Below, in pieces: positions 14,317-27,591 of a stretch of DNA of 64,000 bases; the stretch's first letter is position 1, and every line of letters begins with the position of its first letter. The position numbers were made by a program, and so were the translations under genes. Where the stretch lies: contig CAVNZM010000001.1 of assembly GCA_963693365.1 (NCBI GenBank), positions 2,992,907 through 3,056,906 on the forward strand. Reading direction: 5' to 3'. The notes under the pieces were generated by a model. It had not been told where the DNA came from and searched no databases. It saw only the letters and a program-made list of their open reading frames with translations. Source of the DNA: Amoebidium appalachense (Eukaryota > Protista > Ichthyosporea).

Positions 14317-16065
14317 ATGAAGTTCAAAACCGCTATCACGGCAGGCCTGGCAACGTCTGGTGCACTCGTGCTGGCTTCCCCTATCAGGCTCGACTCTGTT
14401 TTTCAGGGCCTCGAACCTGAAGACTCCGCCTCACAAGGAAAATCACCGGTATTTCTGCACGAACCCGGCCGCGGGTTGAACTCTCAGTTTGCAGCATGGA
14501 TGAAAAAGCACCAAAGAAACTATGCGGATGACACGGAGCGAAACATGCGCCAAAGCATTTTTGCAGCAAACTTTAAGCGCATTCTTGAGCATAATCGAGA
14601 CCCAACTTCTACGAATGCATTCCCAGGGGCCTTGACCTTCACCATGCAGCTGAACGAGTATGCGGATATGACCCACGAGGAGTTTGTTGCTGTTATGTTT
14701 GGAACACGTGCTGGCCCCTCCTGGTCTCCGTACGGCCACGTTGACGCCATTTGGATTCATAATGCCAGCAGTACGGTGAACAGCGAGAAAGAGATTCCAG
14801 CAGAGGTGGATTGGAGAACGAAGGGCCTGGTTACTTCTGTGAAGAAGCAGGTATACCCTCGTCCTGTTGCAACCATTTCCATGTGGACACCAACATGAGT
14901 AATAGAATGTATTGCACACACACTACGGTATGCATATGCATCTCTGCACTGGCTTTTACAGCATGCCACATCAGCTCCAATTGGCAATCATGACCTTACA
15001 GCTCTGCCCTTCCACTTTCCCCTCCCCCCCATCCCCCCTTGCACCCCTCTTCTCCCTCATATTAAAACCCCTACACGCTTACTGACACACCCTTACGCAC
15101 ACGGTGAAACAGGGCCAGTGTGGTGCCTGTTGGACTTTCAGCTCGACCGGTGCAGTGGAGGGGCAGCATGCCAAGGCCACGGGCACGCTAATAGATCTGA
15201 GCGAGCAGCAGCTGTTGGACTGCAGCAGAGAGGACGGCAACAACGGGTGCAAGGGTGGGCTCTATGATGCTACATTCAAGGTACAACCTTCCCCCCTTCC
15301 CCCCCACTCTCTCTCCTCCCCCCACTTTCTCTCCCTCCCCCCCCCCCCCACTCTCTCCCCTCCCCACTCTCCCCCCTCCTCCCCCCCCCCCTCCCCCGCC
15401 CCGGGCCTCTACCTCTTGCTCCCTCCCTCCCCCCGCCCTCCCCCCCTTTCTCCTTACCCCTCCCCGGACCGGCAACTAAACATATCCTACCCCTCCCCCT
15501 CCCCCTCCCCCCCCCCCCCCCCCCTGCCCCGCCCTCTGTCCTCCCTTCTCCCCCTTCCCCTGCCCTCACAAAAAACACACACACACACACACACACCGAC
15601 CCTTTCCCATTTCCCCACCGGTAAACCCCCTCTCCTCGCCTTCACCGCCCCTCCTTACACTCTTACCGAGTTAGGCGCGCCACGCCAACACCCCAGCATC
15701 AGCACACTTACTCCCCTGCTGCCAGTAACCCATTCACAAATCATATCGGTTCTCTCCCTGTTCACTGGGCCTGTTCTGACATCTCCACCTGTTCCCCCCT
15801 CCCCCCCCCCCCCCCTCACCCCCCCCAAAAAAAGAAAAGAAAAGAAAGAAAGAAAGAAAGGGGGGAAAAAATAAGGCACCGCCACACAACCTCAGTATCA
15901 CACGCACACACGTACACACACACCCCGGGCATGCGCATGTGCACGCATATCAAGAAACGAGGGGGGTGGGGGGGTGGGGGGGTGGGGGGGGGGGGGGGGG
16001 GGGGGGATAAAGGAATAAACAACATTTATCTTTGCGCCACCCCGCCCTCTTCCCCCCCCCCCCCC

Positions 16066-16096
<31 letters not shown>

Positions 16097-16475
16097 ACCC
16101 TCGAGTAACGACGTTTATCTTTGCGCCCCCCAACTCCCCCCCCCCCCCCCACACCACCACCACCACCACCACCACTCCCTCTCCCCCCCCCCCCCCCTCC
16201 CCCCTTCCCCCCTACACCCCCTCTCCTCCCCCTCGCCCCATGTATCCCTCTTGCCTCTTCACTCTCTCACTACCACTGATATATCAGTTCTCATCTGTTT
16301 ACTCTCATCATATCTCTTGGGCCCAACCTCACGGGGGCCTTCCTCCCCTTGCCCATGGATATCCATATCTACACGGGCTAATGCTTATGAAAACTTCTCC
16401 CAAACTGTCTCCCTCCACCCAATTTCAGCACCCAGCACTTGCATATGCATGCACGCATGGGCAAGCATGCAAAAA

Positions 16476-16565
<90 letters not shown>

Positions 16566-17455
16566 TTTGCGCACACTTCACATTGTTTCACTCACAGTAT
16601 GTGCATGCACATGGCATGATGCCTTTAAGCAGCTACCCGTACGAAGGCAAAGAGGGAAAATGCCGTTACGACCCAAATAAGGTCATTGCACATATTAAAG
16701 GGTTCGTCATGATTCCGGAGGGAAACGAAACTTCTTTAACGCACGCCATCGCAACAGTCGGTCCGGTCGGCATCGGATTAGATGCATCTGATTGGCGGTT
16801 GCAGTTTTATCATTCGGGTGTCTACCAATCAAACACGTGCTCCACGGAGGCAATCAACCACGGTGTGCTGGCCGTAGGCTATGGGGTGGAGAATGGCAAA
16901 AGCTACTATTTACTGAAAAACAGGTATTACTGGAAGTTATCTCTAATATATTTAGTCGGGGGTTTTTTTTTTTGAAGAATTTCTAATATTAGTGGGGTTT
17001 ATTATCGACCTCGCGATCGATCGTGGTCTATCCACATCACTGCTTTTTTGGCCGGTCAAGTGCCTCTCCTTCTCCCTCCCCCTACCTGTCTCCTCATCCT
17101 CTAGCTTTTTGGGGGGGTGAGACACAAGAGGGAGAGAGAATGCTGGGATGCTGGTTGAGTGAGGTGCAAACCGGATGTGGCTTTTTTTATTTGGGGGAGG
17201 GGGGGGGGGAGGAGAATACCGAGAGAGGGGAGGAAGGGAGGGGAAGGGGGGGGGGGGGGGGGGGGGAGGGGGGGGATGCATTCTCGTGTGAGTGTGTGAG
17301 CGTCTGTGTGTGTGTGGGTGGGTGGGTGGGTGGATGGGTGGGTGGGTGGGTGTGTGACCTGTTTGTGTGTGCGTATGTTTGCTCGGCTGTAAGGGTGATG
17401 ACCTGGTGAGGGTGGGGTGGGTGGATGTGGTGGTGATGGTGGTTTTTTTTTTTTT

Positions 17456-17494
<39 letters not shown>

Positions 17495-17720
17495 AGGGGG
17501 GGGGGGGGGGGTAGGTTTGAGTTAGAGTAAACCCGTGAAGCAAAGTTCTATGCCAGAAACAAAAAAGCGTTTGGCATATCTGAACACCAGGGGTACTGAT
17601 ACTCACACATACAAATACAGTTGGGGATCAGGTTGGGGAAAAGGTGGATACTTCAAGCTTGCCCGCAACACAAACAACATGTGTGCCGTCGCCACCCGCT
17701 CCGGCTACCCATACATTTAA
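14317..17720 (+). CDS. Papain-family (C1A) cathepsin L-like cysteine protease, 4 exons
   Basis: Exons 14317-14850, 15113-15280, 16598-16923, 17621-17720. Signal peptide present; I29 prodomain with exact ERFNIN spacing (ERNMRQSIFAANFKRILEHN) and LNEYAD; mature domain starts IPAEVDWR; catalytic motifs QGQCGACW, NHGVLAVGYG and KNSWG are all intact. Confidence 0.95.
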
Positions 17721-18236
17721 ACTTTGCAAAATTTAGACATAAAACATAAAAACACCGAGTACACAGTAATCTTTTGCCGTTTTAGCCAAACTTACGGGTT
17801 CTCTGTCGTGCAGTGCCGATCGAATTAGAAGCTATGTCCCAATCATCATGTAAATACTGTACAATATGCATGTATGTAGGCATAGAGCTCAACTGTATTC
17901 GTACAGATAAATAACTGGGACGCCGGTCGGATTATAAATATTATACACTGAACGGGTTCTGACTGTTATAAACAAGTTCGACATCCATCATGCCACCCTT
18001 CTCCCCCCCTTCTATCTATGCCCCCCTGTACACTCCCCCTCCTCCCTCCCCGCTACACCTACTTCACTCGTCCCTCAGTGGTTTTCTTTTACCATTGAAC
18101 CTTGGCGAGATATGACTGAAACCTCTCCCCCCCCCCCCCCCCCCCCCCCCCCCTCCTTCACCCACCCACCCACCCACCCACTACCTCCCCCCTTCCCCTC
18201 TCCCCTACTCCCTTTCAACATAGGCCCTCACGCACA

Positions 18237-20040
18237 TTTTTTTATTTTTTCTATTTTATCCCGTTTTGTTCCCGGAGGTGCCCCTAGGGGCCCTCAGGGG
18301 GAACTACCGTCTTCCATCCAGCACCGACAGTACTCTAGCTAGGGTGCTGCGATGCTATTATCTAAATGAACACACCTATAACAATCCTAACTATATGTAC
18401 ACACTTTGCCCAGGGTATCAACCCCAGCCACGCCGGCGGGTAGCACCAGGCTTCCCCTCCACTCAGAACCTACGAATAGCTTGAAAAATGGGCTCTCATT
18501 GGTTCATCTAAAGTGGTGGAATGTGTGGCGTGGTGTGGGTGGGTTTACGGGGGATAGTGGTGTATGGTGGGGTCTGGTGGTGGTGGGTGGCTGCCTAATA
18601 GTATATGGTGTTGTACATATTGGGTGGCTACGGTGTAATGATCTAAGAGTCTAGGGTTGCATGGTTGGGTTGTTCTATGTGTGTGTCTGCAGATTGGGCA
18701 TGCTGCCTGTGTGTGTGTGGGTTGTGTGGGTGTGAGTGCCTTGGGTTTCGGTGGGGCTGTACGTCTCTGTTTACGTGTGGTGTTTGAGTGTTTGTGTTTG
18801 TGCATTTTAGGGTGTGTGGGTGGGACGGTCGTGTTACGTGGTGTCCATATTTTAGTATAGAAGAAAGTTTGCAATTCTACGGTTATTTTGGCTAAAATGG
18901 CACGTGCCGCGGGCTCGGTGGTGCCGAGGTCTGTTAGTAGGGGCCCCACGGATCGTGGGCAGAAACCCCGTGTGACCCACTTGATGTCCTTGGAGTCTGG
19001 TGGGCCGGGCTGCCCTCCGATCCACTTGAGCCACTCACACTGGGAGGAGGCCGCGTTGGCTGTCTGCCGCTGTTGTGCCGTGGGGGTCTTGGGGTGACGG
19101 GAGTGCAGCACGTTGTAGATGCATGCCGTGATGGCCGTGGTTAGAGAGGGGGCTTCCTCGGCATGTGCCGAGCAGGACCAGAGGTGAACCGTCGTCTCCG
19201 GGTGCTGTTGGCACCTGGGGCACGTGGGTTCCCTGACGATGGTCGGGTGGTGTCGGTGTATCCTGGTCATGGTGGGTAGGGTGCCCATAGCCAGTGATAG
19301 GCTCCGAGTGTTGTCCTTTACGGCCCGGATCGATGCCTGGGCTGGGCCCTTGTTGAGTTTCAAGGGGTCCCTCTCGGCTGGGAGTAGACGGGGGTCGGTG
19401 AGGACGGACATGGCCTCCGTCTTGCCTGCCCTTTCCTTGAGGTATTCCCTGGTCAGCCGGTTTAGGGCGCCGGGAATGTTGCTGGGTATTTGGTGTCCTT
19501 GTAGTCGAAGGGTGTATCGGCCCCCTCCTGGTGCTGGGGGTAGGGGGGGCGGGGGGGGGGGGGGGGGGGGGAGGGTTCTGCCGGTGTTGGCAGCCTTGTC
19601 GGCCTGGTTATTCCTCTGCCCCTGTCGTTTCTGGTTGGACTGATGCCCTTTTACCCATGAGATCTCCACGGAGCCTGGCTGACGGAGGGAAAGTTGGTCC
19701 CGGACATGGGCCCATTCCACCGTGTGGGAGAACTTGTGTCGCCGTCTGGGTGGCAAAGTGGGGTCTAGGTTGGCTGCCCACCTTTTAACCACCCCGAGGT
19801 TGTCCAGTCTGATGTGGATGGGGGTAGAAATAGGGGTCAGTAGTAGGGCCAGTAGCACCCGGGTGAGCTCTGCTTGGGCTGATGACAAGGCCGTGTTTAG
19901 ACGGGTGTATGCCGTGACTTGACTGGTGGGGCTTACCGGTCTGGTGTGTCCAGGACAGCGCCGGCTCCGGCCCTGGCAGTTCTCCGGCCTGGGTGGGTCA
20001 GGCTGCCGTCGGTGTAGACGGTGATGGTGGTGTTGGGGGG
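18237..20040 (-). mobile_element. 5'-truncated non-LTR retrotransposon (RNase H + CCHC zinc knuckle), copy 1
   Basis: 16-bp TSD TAGGCCCTCACGCACA at 18221-18236 and 20041-20056. A-rich tail (T-rich on +) from 18237. RNase H motifs VYTDGS, AELTRVLLAL, LDNLGV, WVKGH, NNQADKAA; CPRC-x7-H-x3-C knuckle. In-frame stop and frameshift near 19915-19935. Homologous to 40725-42552. Confidence 0.93.
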
Positions 20041-20082
20041 TAGGCCCTCACGCACACACCGTGCAACTTAAACAGGCACGCA

Positions 20083-20113
<31 letters not shown>

Positions 20114-20463
20114 CAGAAAACTACTGCTATACCAGACTTCGGCATCTTTAACATGCACTGCCTTGTATCCCCAGCCCCCAGCCCCCCCAGCCCTGCCCCC
20201 CCCTCCCCCCCCCCCTCCATTTTTTATGAACACGCCACAAAAAAAAGGACAAAAAGAAAAAAAAAGAAAGAAGAAAAGAAATCAAGATATAGATATCTTA
20301 CACCTCCCTTCCTACACTGCAAACATCACAACGGTGTAGCCTTATGTTGCGCTACATTACATTACTTTCTACCCAACCTCTTTTCTTCAGCCGTGCTACT
20401 GCCGACAAGACGACCCCCCCCCCCCCCCCCCCCCCCCGAAGGGCCGGGGGGGGGGGGGGGGGG

Positions 20464-20853
20464 TTTGAATGCGGAACACGGTACGAAGTACGCATACACG
20501 AAGGACACATGCAAAGGCAAACATTCAAGTATGCAACATCAGCCATGCGCACAGTATGCGTCATAAGCAGAGCCCAACCTCAGGGAGGGCCCAAGTCATC
20601 AATTGCGTCTGAGTTTCGACCCCTTAGTCCGCGTATATATACGACTCTCCAACTCAGACAGCAGCATCAACTGAACTTGGGAGGGTCAACCCGTCTTGAT
20701 CAAAGACGAGCAGGGTTGCTTATGCAAGCAAGGTGAGCAAAACGGTGAATATGTGTGTGCAAACTAATGCAGTGCAGCGGAAAATGTGTATGTGCTTACA
20801 GATGCACGACACAGAGCAACCATGCCCGGTTGCATGGAAGTAAAGCGGTCTCC
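20464..20853 (-). repeat. Dispersed copy of the ~451-bp structured repeat family
   Basis: Near-identical to 28471-28870 apart from a short internal deletion and a few substitutions. Starts at the same polyG-TTTGAATGCGG boundary. Confidence 0.9.
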
Positions 20854-21362
20854 GGGGGGGATGTCGACTCGTGGAGTTGAACACTTTTGCCATAATGCAA
20901 ATGCAGGGAAAACGAGTTTCATATGTTTACGCAACCAGCCTGCAAACAAAATCATCAGGAGATTCGACACACATGCTGTTCCCATGCACACCAATTTGAT
21001 CTCGCGGACACCGACACATCCGTCCATCATCCATTCCTCGGGCCGAACAATTGGGGTCACTGACTTTTGTTGCCATGTGTCTGTGTATATACCTTAAACA
21101 ACATAAAAGCTTGATCATGACGCTCCAATTGTGATTAATCGCTAAGCATATTCAATATGTGGTGTTTAGGCCCTGAAGGGTTCACCTGTGCCGGGTCGGT
21201 GTGTGTGTGTGTGGGTGGGTGGGGAAGAGGGAAGGGGGGGGTGGGGGGGTGGGGGGGGGTTAAGAGGAGGAACAGATTTGGCCAGGTAGATGCCATTGAC
21301 TTGTGAAGCCTCAAAATTCTTAAAAAGCTTGGTGGTAGTGTGTTTGTATGTGCGTTACTGTT

Positions 21363-21429
<67 letters not shown>

Positions 21430-21879
21430 TTATTATTCCGAGCTTGACATAAGGGGGAGGGGGAGGGGGGGCGAGAGAGGGGGAGGGGGAGACTTCGTGG
21501 AGTTTGGGGAACAGAGGGACCCCCGGGGGGGGGGGGGAGGGGGGGGGGGGGGTGGAGGGGGGGTGGAGGGGGGAGGATCCGGAGGGGAAGGGAGGAGTGC
21601 CACGGGAATCACACACTACAGTGCCGCACAACAAGGAATCCGAGAGTGGTGGGGAGGGCTAGAACCTAACCACATCAGCACTAAAACAACCTGCCAGGCT
21701 GCAAGCTAAACAATATTCTGCGAAAAACCGTATTAATATTCAGCGTATGCACACTTTTCGGAGGGCAGGAGGGATATTGATAGGGGGTTTTTATTTTTTA
21801 TTTTATCATCTCTCCGTTCCACTCACTCAGTTAAAAAATCTGGTGTTAATTGGACGGCTTTGCATCTTCTATGACTACC

Positions 21880-21912
<33 letters not shown>

Positions 21913-22714
21913 ACCCCCACAAAAAAAAAACAAAAAACAAAAAAAAAAAACACCCCTATCCGTAGTTAGGGGGACTTCGTGGGGGGGCAATTGACATGTG
22001 CTATCTTTGGCCGAGAATTTGTATTGTGCAAGTATGTACAATGGCTTAAACTGTTTCTTTATGTTCCTTGCAGTCTGTCACCTGATAGCATCCCATGCGC
22101 TCCCCCCCCCCCTCCCCCCCCCCCCCCCCCCTCTCCACCTCCCTCCCCCCCCGTCCTCCCCCTCCCCTCCCTCCCCCTTCCCCCCCCCCTCCCCCCCTCA
22201 CACACACACACCCCACCCCTCAACATTGCCGCTTGCCCACGTGCCAACCATCACCATGGCGATCTATCTGTGCTCCGTAACAACCCTGTCTGTGGTCGGT
22301 AATGAGCTGCAAATAGTCATAGGACCGCTAAAACCAAAAAGACTCATTTGGTGTGAAATAGGTAGGTCAGCTAGATATTCCTATATACAGTGTGAATGGT
22401 GTGCCCATGGTACCAGGATATGCCGCCTCTGGACACAACTGCGCCTTTCTGGCTTATGTTGAAGTGATCAAAGTGTGCAAATCGACAAATTTATATGAGT
22501 TTGATGCTATGGGGCGTACAATTTACTTGACCGTGTATGTCTTACGGACTTACTAGAGTAGAAAACCAAGATGCTCCCTGGTCAAAGGTCTTCTGTCAGC
22601 AAAGGGCCCCATTGACGTTGCCCCGATTATTTCTCCTGCATGCACACTACCCACTACCCATCCGATCTCTGCCACCCCCCCCCCCCCCCCCCTCCTCCTC
22701 CCCCCCCCCCCTCT

Positions 22715-22782
<68 letters not shown>

Positions 22783-23123
22783 ACCCCCATCCTCCTCCCA
22801 CGCTCCTCCTCCACCCTCCACCCTCCGACCTCACCAGACAGCCCCCACTGGCCTTTCCTTCCAAACAGACATCTGCTCGACAAGCAAAGTCGTCCTTATC
22901 TTTCTTGTGACAACCTGCCCATGACGTTATCAGCAGAAGTTGGCAAGGCTGGCAACGTATATATAAGCTTCCGTATTCCCCCCGAGCCTCACCACGCACG
23001 TATCTCAAGACCGGCACTGAGCCTCAAGGCTAACCGCTCACTCAAAAGGCAACTGTAACCACAAAACATATTTTGGCTTTACTAGACTCAGGTTTCGGAG
23101 AAATTGATAAGGAAAGGAGGTGT

Positions 23124-23161
<38 letters not shown>

Positions 23162-24951
23162 GTGTCAATGATATCATGATGACGCATTCACGTGAACCGA
23201 GCTGTGATCAGTGACGCATGCGTGCTGATCGGATCGCAAAAATTTCCATAGATGTTGGGATGCGTCCTTGGTATATGATGGTTTTTGATGCAAGCTACTC
23301 ATACTCCTTGATACTTAGGTGTTAATAAAGCTACATTTAACCGTTCATTGTATTATTGTTTTTATGGAGAGATAATTTTGAAGCTTGTAAACGGTTGCAA
23401 GATACATTATCATCATACATACCTTGTTGCGCGGATGGCCGACACGTTTTGAAGATCAACCAGTCAAGGGGGATCCAATCTTCAATGTGCTATATTACAC
23501 GCATTCTGATATTTATCTCAAGAATATTCGCCAGCAGATAACCCTGTTCTTCAGTAAGGCAGGCCGGAGGCATATTCTGATTGTTCCTTGTAGCCACTGT
23601 ACGTTCATATGCATACAGAATCTGGTTGCATTCTCAGTAACCTTTAAACTTTGATAATAAGAGTTAATTTATGATACGGTGCTGATTAGTAAGCCAAATT
23701 CTTCCTCATGATGCCCGATAGTTCGTTCATTGTTTATCTCGCAATTGCACGCAAATAAAGCCTTGAAAGCGTAGTTTTAAGCCAATAGGAAAGCTAAAGA
23801 AATAGGTGTGTCCAATGGAAAAAGGGTGCTCGAAGTCTTCCGAAACCTCCAAGGGAAGCGTGTGGTAGTGTTACAAAAGGTCTTTTCGATTTCTAGATGT
23901 TAAACCCAAATACTAAGATATCACGGTTCACTGGCTTTGCCTAGTATTAAACTATCATTGTCATTGTTCATTATTATTATGTAGTTTTAGTATTGTAAGG
24001 GATTCTTTTTTATACTTAAAATGTATGGATCTAATATTCCCGAGAGCACGGAAAAAGAAAAACATTGTGTCGTGGGGCATTCGCGGGGGATACAAGCCTG
24101 AAGTGAATCCCCAATCAAAAATGCGCAACCGAGAACCATGGGTCCATGATTAGGTGGAAATGGAATAGGTGACAACTCTCCCGATTTATATGACCTGAGA
24201 AAACAGTTAAACATTCTGGAGATAGTATGAACAGCTCAATAACCTTTGCATAGTTGACTAATACATTCTCACCTAAGATGCTAGCGGTTATGCCGCGACT
24301 GGGCGATAGTGATACATTATCGCAACGCTGAATTTTAGAAACCAGCTCAAGTTTGTAAATACCTGCAACCCCCCCAAAACCGACGCCGCTGAGTAGGTTG
24401 AAAACATTTCAAGACAACCCACTCCAATCTTCATGATTACTGTACATTGCCATAATAAAAAAAATATTTAAGTATTTAATTTAGGTAGGCACATTATTAG
24501 GAATCAAAGCAAATAGTTTTGGATAAGAAGCAATCGACCCGGAACATGCCCCATTATTTTTAAAAGTTTCAGTGCAAAGCTTGTGCGCACACATCTTGAC
24601 AGTTTCTAGTCTAAGGGGTATGATGCCGGGCGCCTTGTTTTGGTGATAACAACACGGTGGCACTGATAAGCCTTGATCTTGGTCAAGCACCATCTATGAT
24701 GGGTCACAGACTCAGCCTGGTGGCATTCAAGTTTTTCTGCTGTCTGTAAAGGTCACAACACAAATCACTCAGCGATTGTTACTGAGAACTAGAGAATAGA
24801 ATGATAGTGTGCACGAAAGCACTCTTCTTTGCATTCTGAATTAAACTTTTTGCATCCTGAACTTAGCATCTTGGCTTTGTGTCGATTACATCTGATAGAG
24901 TTTTTTTTACGCTTGTTCGGAGCTGTTTTTCTGTATTCGGTGTCTGGCGGG

Positions 24952-26070
24952 ATGTTAGCTGAGGCAAAATACGTTGGCGCTGTGCGCACGTCAGCGGCCA
25001 GCCACGATGACATTATGCGCACCCTTTCCTACCGGGCGTTTTCCCCTAGCAGCCCTACCGTCCTGGACACGTCGTCCAGAGCATCACCTCGGAGGAGCAG
25101 CGCTTTTGCACCCGGAAGCCCGACGGGGGATAGTTCGGGGACAGGGCCCTCGCGCAGGGGCAGTGTTACGTCAGTTTCCTCCCTGGGCTCGTTTCGTCCT
25201 CTTAGACGCTCCTCCATCACCAGCCTCCTTCCCAGTCTCACCGGGAGGCGCAGCAGTTTGCCGTCGCTCAGTAAACCACATTTGAAAAGGCTGTCGGCAA
25301 ACGAGAAAGAGACAGTTGTGAGCCTGTTGATGGGTCTGGAAACGAAACACAGGGCCTTGTTGGAGGAGGTTGCGCAGTCTTGTGAGAAGCAGTTTGGGCT
25401 TTTGCGCCGGAGAATAGAGGGTATGGACGATGACATCAAGTGTGTACTGACGAGAGGAGCACGGCACTGCACACACAGGGAGTGTGTGCAAAAACAGTTG
25501 AATATGGGCTGGAAGAAATACGAGCGCGCGTGCATCGTCACGGATAAGTTTGGTGACGAGATTTTCAAGTACATTCGGAGGAAGTATACACGCGCTTGGC
25601 AGGAGGGACAAGCGGATATTGAATTTACCCCTGGGGATGCAGCCTGGTGGCCCGCCAGAGAGCAGCTGTCAAACATGGTTCAATACGCAAGCGAAAAGAC
25701 GGTTAACGAGGCGAACAACGAGCTGAAATCGGCATACAAGACGATCAAAGCGCTTGGGCGTGCTCTGGCAAAGGCGCAGAAAGAAAACGACGCTCGGCCG
25801 GTGGACACGAAACCATGTGGGTCCACTGTGGCTTCACCGGCTCAGTTGGAGAAGAAAGACTCGGCAGGGAGCAGCAGTGGCTCGGACGACAGGTTGACGA
25901 GTATGGCCCCGGCAACGTATGTGGTCAAGTATGTGCTGAGGGAGCCCGTGGGCTATGCTGATGTTATTTTCCACGACATAGTCATGGCCCAGGAGTCGGT
26001 GCTCACAAACACGGAGAGTGTTCCTACTATGACGGTCACGTCCCCTCCTCTTCTTGAGTTGGACGTGTGA
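24952..26070 (+). CDS. Intronless hypothetical protein (~372 aa): Ser/Arg-rich N-terminus, predicted helical/coiled-coil core
   Basis: A long, non-repetitive open frame with GC3-rich codons in otherwise stop-rich flanks. First ATG at 24952 (the track starts at TTG 24829). No family recognised. Confidence 0.7.
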   Translation: MLAEAKYVGAVRTSAASHDDIMRTLSYRAFSPSSPTVLDTSSRASPRRSSAFAPGSPTGDSSGTGPSRRGSVTSVSSLGSFRPLRRSSITSLLPSLTGRRSSLPSLSKPHLKRLSANEKETVVSLLMGLETKHRALLEEVAQSCEKQFGLLRRRIEGMDDDIKCVLTRGARHCTHRECVQKQLNMGWKKYERACIVTDKFGDEIFKYIRRKYTRAWQEGQADIEFTPGDAAWWPAREQLSNMVQYASEKTVNEANNELKSAYKTIKALGRALAKAQKENDARPVDTKPCGSTVASPAQLEKKDSAGSSSGSDDRLTSMAPATYVVKYVLREPVGYADVIFHDIVMAQESVLTNTESVPTMTVTSPPLLELDV

Positions 26071-27591
26071 GACAAGTTTGGGTTGTTGTCTGTTTGTAGT
26101 GTATTTTAGAAGTTTTTTTCCCCTTTTCTTTGGGTGAAGTGATGGTGGTGCGCCACGTGTGCATGATATTGGTCTGTGGTGTTCTGGAAGGTAGTTCTGC
26201 GGCAGTATTAGTGACTGCAGTTTTTGCTTGACTGAGTTGTTTCTCTGGCATTTGTGTGAAGGCCCAAACTACAAATTGGTTCAAACGGTTTAATGCTGAG
26301 ATGTAATGAGCTCTGCCCTCGTGTCGTTATATCAATGCGCGAAAGTGTTATGGAATGAAAGAAATGTATGTCGAACTTGTACAAATTAATTAGTGCTTCG
26401 TGTTGTTAATAGGTGATGGCCTGGCATTTATGCGATCATAACCTAGCCCGAAAGAAAGAAAGGAAACATGAGTATTATTGAGCTGCTCTGAAAGCTGTCA
26501 GTTGTATACCCACAGTAAGAAAACTACACACTCAGAAATATGACCTTCTTTGTTTTGAGCACTCCTTTCCGAAGGTGAAGGTGCCTGTGCGTCGTGCTCG
26601 TATGCATGCATGTGCCTTACGTTTTGTGATTTTTTTGTTCTGCCCGGGCACAAGTGTGCAAGTAAGTGTGCTCATCCTGTGTGGGCTCGTGAAGAGTATG
26701 TGTCTGGCTTACTCAGGCCACAGTCTCTCCTGCAAGTGTAAGCCGTGCATGGCACTGTTGCTGCATCACACCAGTGGTGCCATCTCTGCGATCAAGTGAA
26801 CGTGCACATGGATGGGTACACACTGTACACGTCCAGTGTGTCAATTGGCCTTGCAAGTAGAAGCAAGACAAGATACCTCTTCGTAAAGCTGCATACTAAC
26901 TTCTAACTCAGTGGGTTTATAGACTTCACTGTGCACGTAATCATATAATGCAGCTGGTAAGGATGTTTAATAGCCTTGATCATTATTGCTTTCAATTGGT
27001 AATAGCCTTCCCCACCCAGCCAACACACACACACATGCACGCACACACACACACACAAACATACGCACAAGCACACACGAACACTCGGATTCGAAATTAC
27101 AAATATTAATGTTGCGGTGATCGTTGGCTGTGGAAAGGGGATGCGGCCCCCCAGCCGGAGGAGGGGGGGGGGAGGAAGGGAGGGTGAACAGGAAGACTCG
27201 GGGAAGAGGGGACGGGTTCGCCACAGGGCCTGCCAGTGGCCCCCTTCCTCTGTTTGTAATTTGGGGCTACATACATACATACTTGTACAAGCAATACACC
27301 ACAGTACACTCCTTCAACTCTGTGAATGAAACCGACCATTGTGCATGCTTTAAAGTAAACATGTGGCACTTCATGTGTGGTGTGCACCCGAATGGTGTGT
27401 ATGTGCACCTGTGTGTGCGCACGTGCATGCATGCAAAATTTGTGTTATGAGTGAACCGGCACATGCATCTGTACAAGGTAATTGTTTGTGTGTGCACCCG
27501 GAAATGTCTGTGCATGTGCGAGTCTGACAGTTGCATTTTGGGGCTGCACACGAGGAAATACTGCTAAGTCTGTAAGTTCACTCCTTAAATG

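Noticed and set aside
20870-23060. Possible spliced gene on the minus strand (unique-sequence islands with GTGAG/GTAAG donors)
   Set aside because: I could not assemble a phase-consistent open frame or recognise a domain; it could be a lncRNA or decayed gene but is unsupported.
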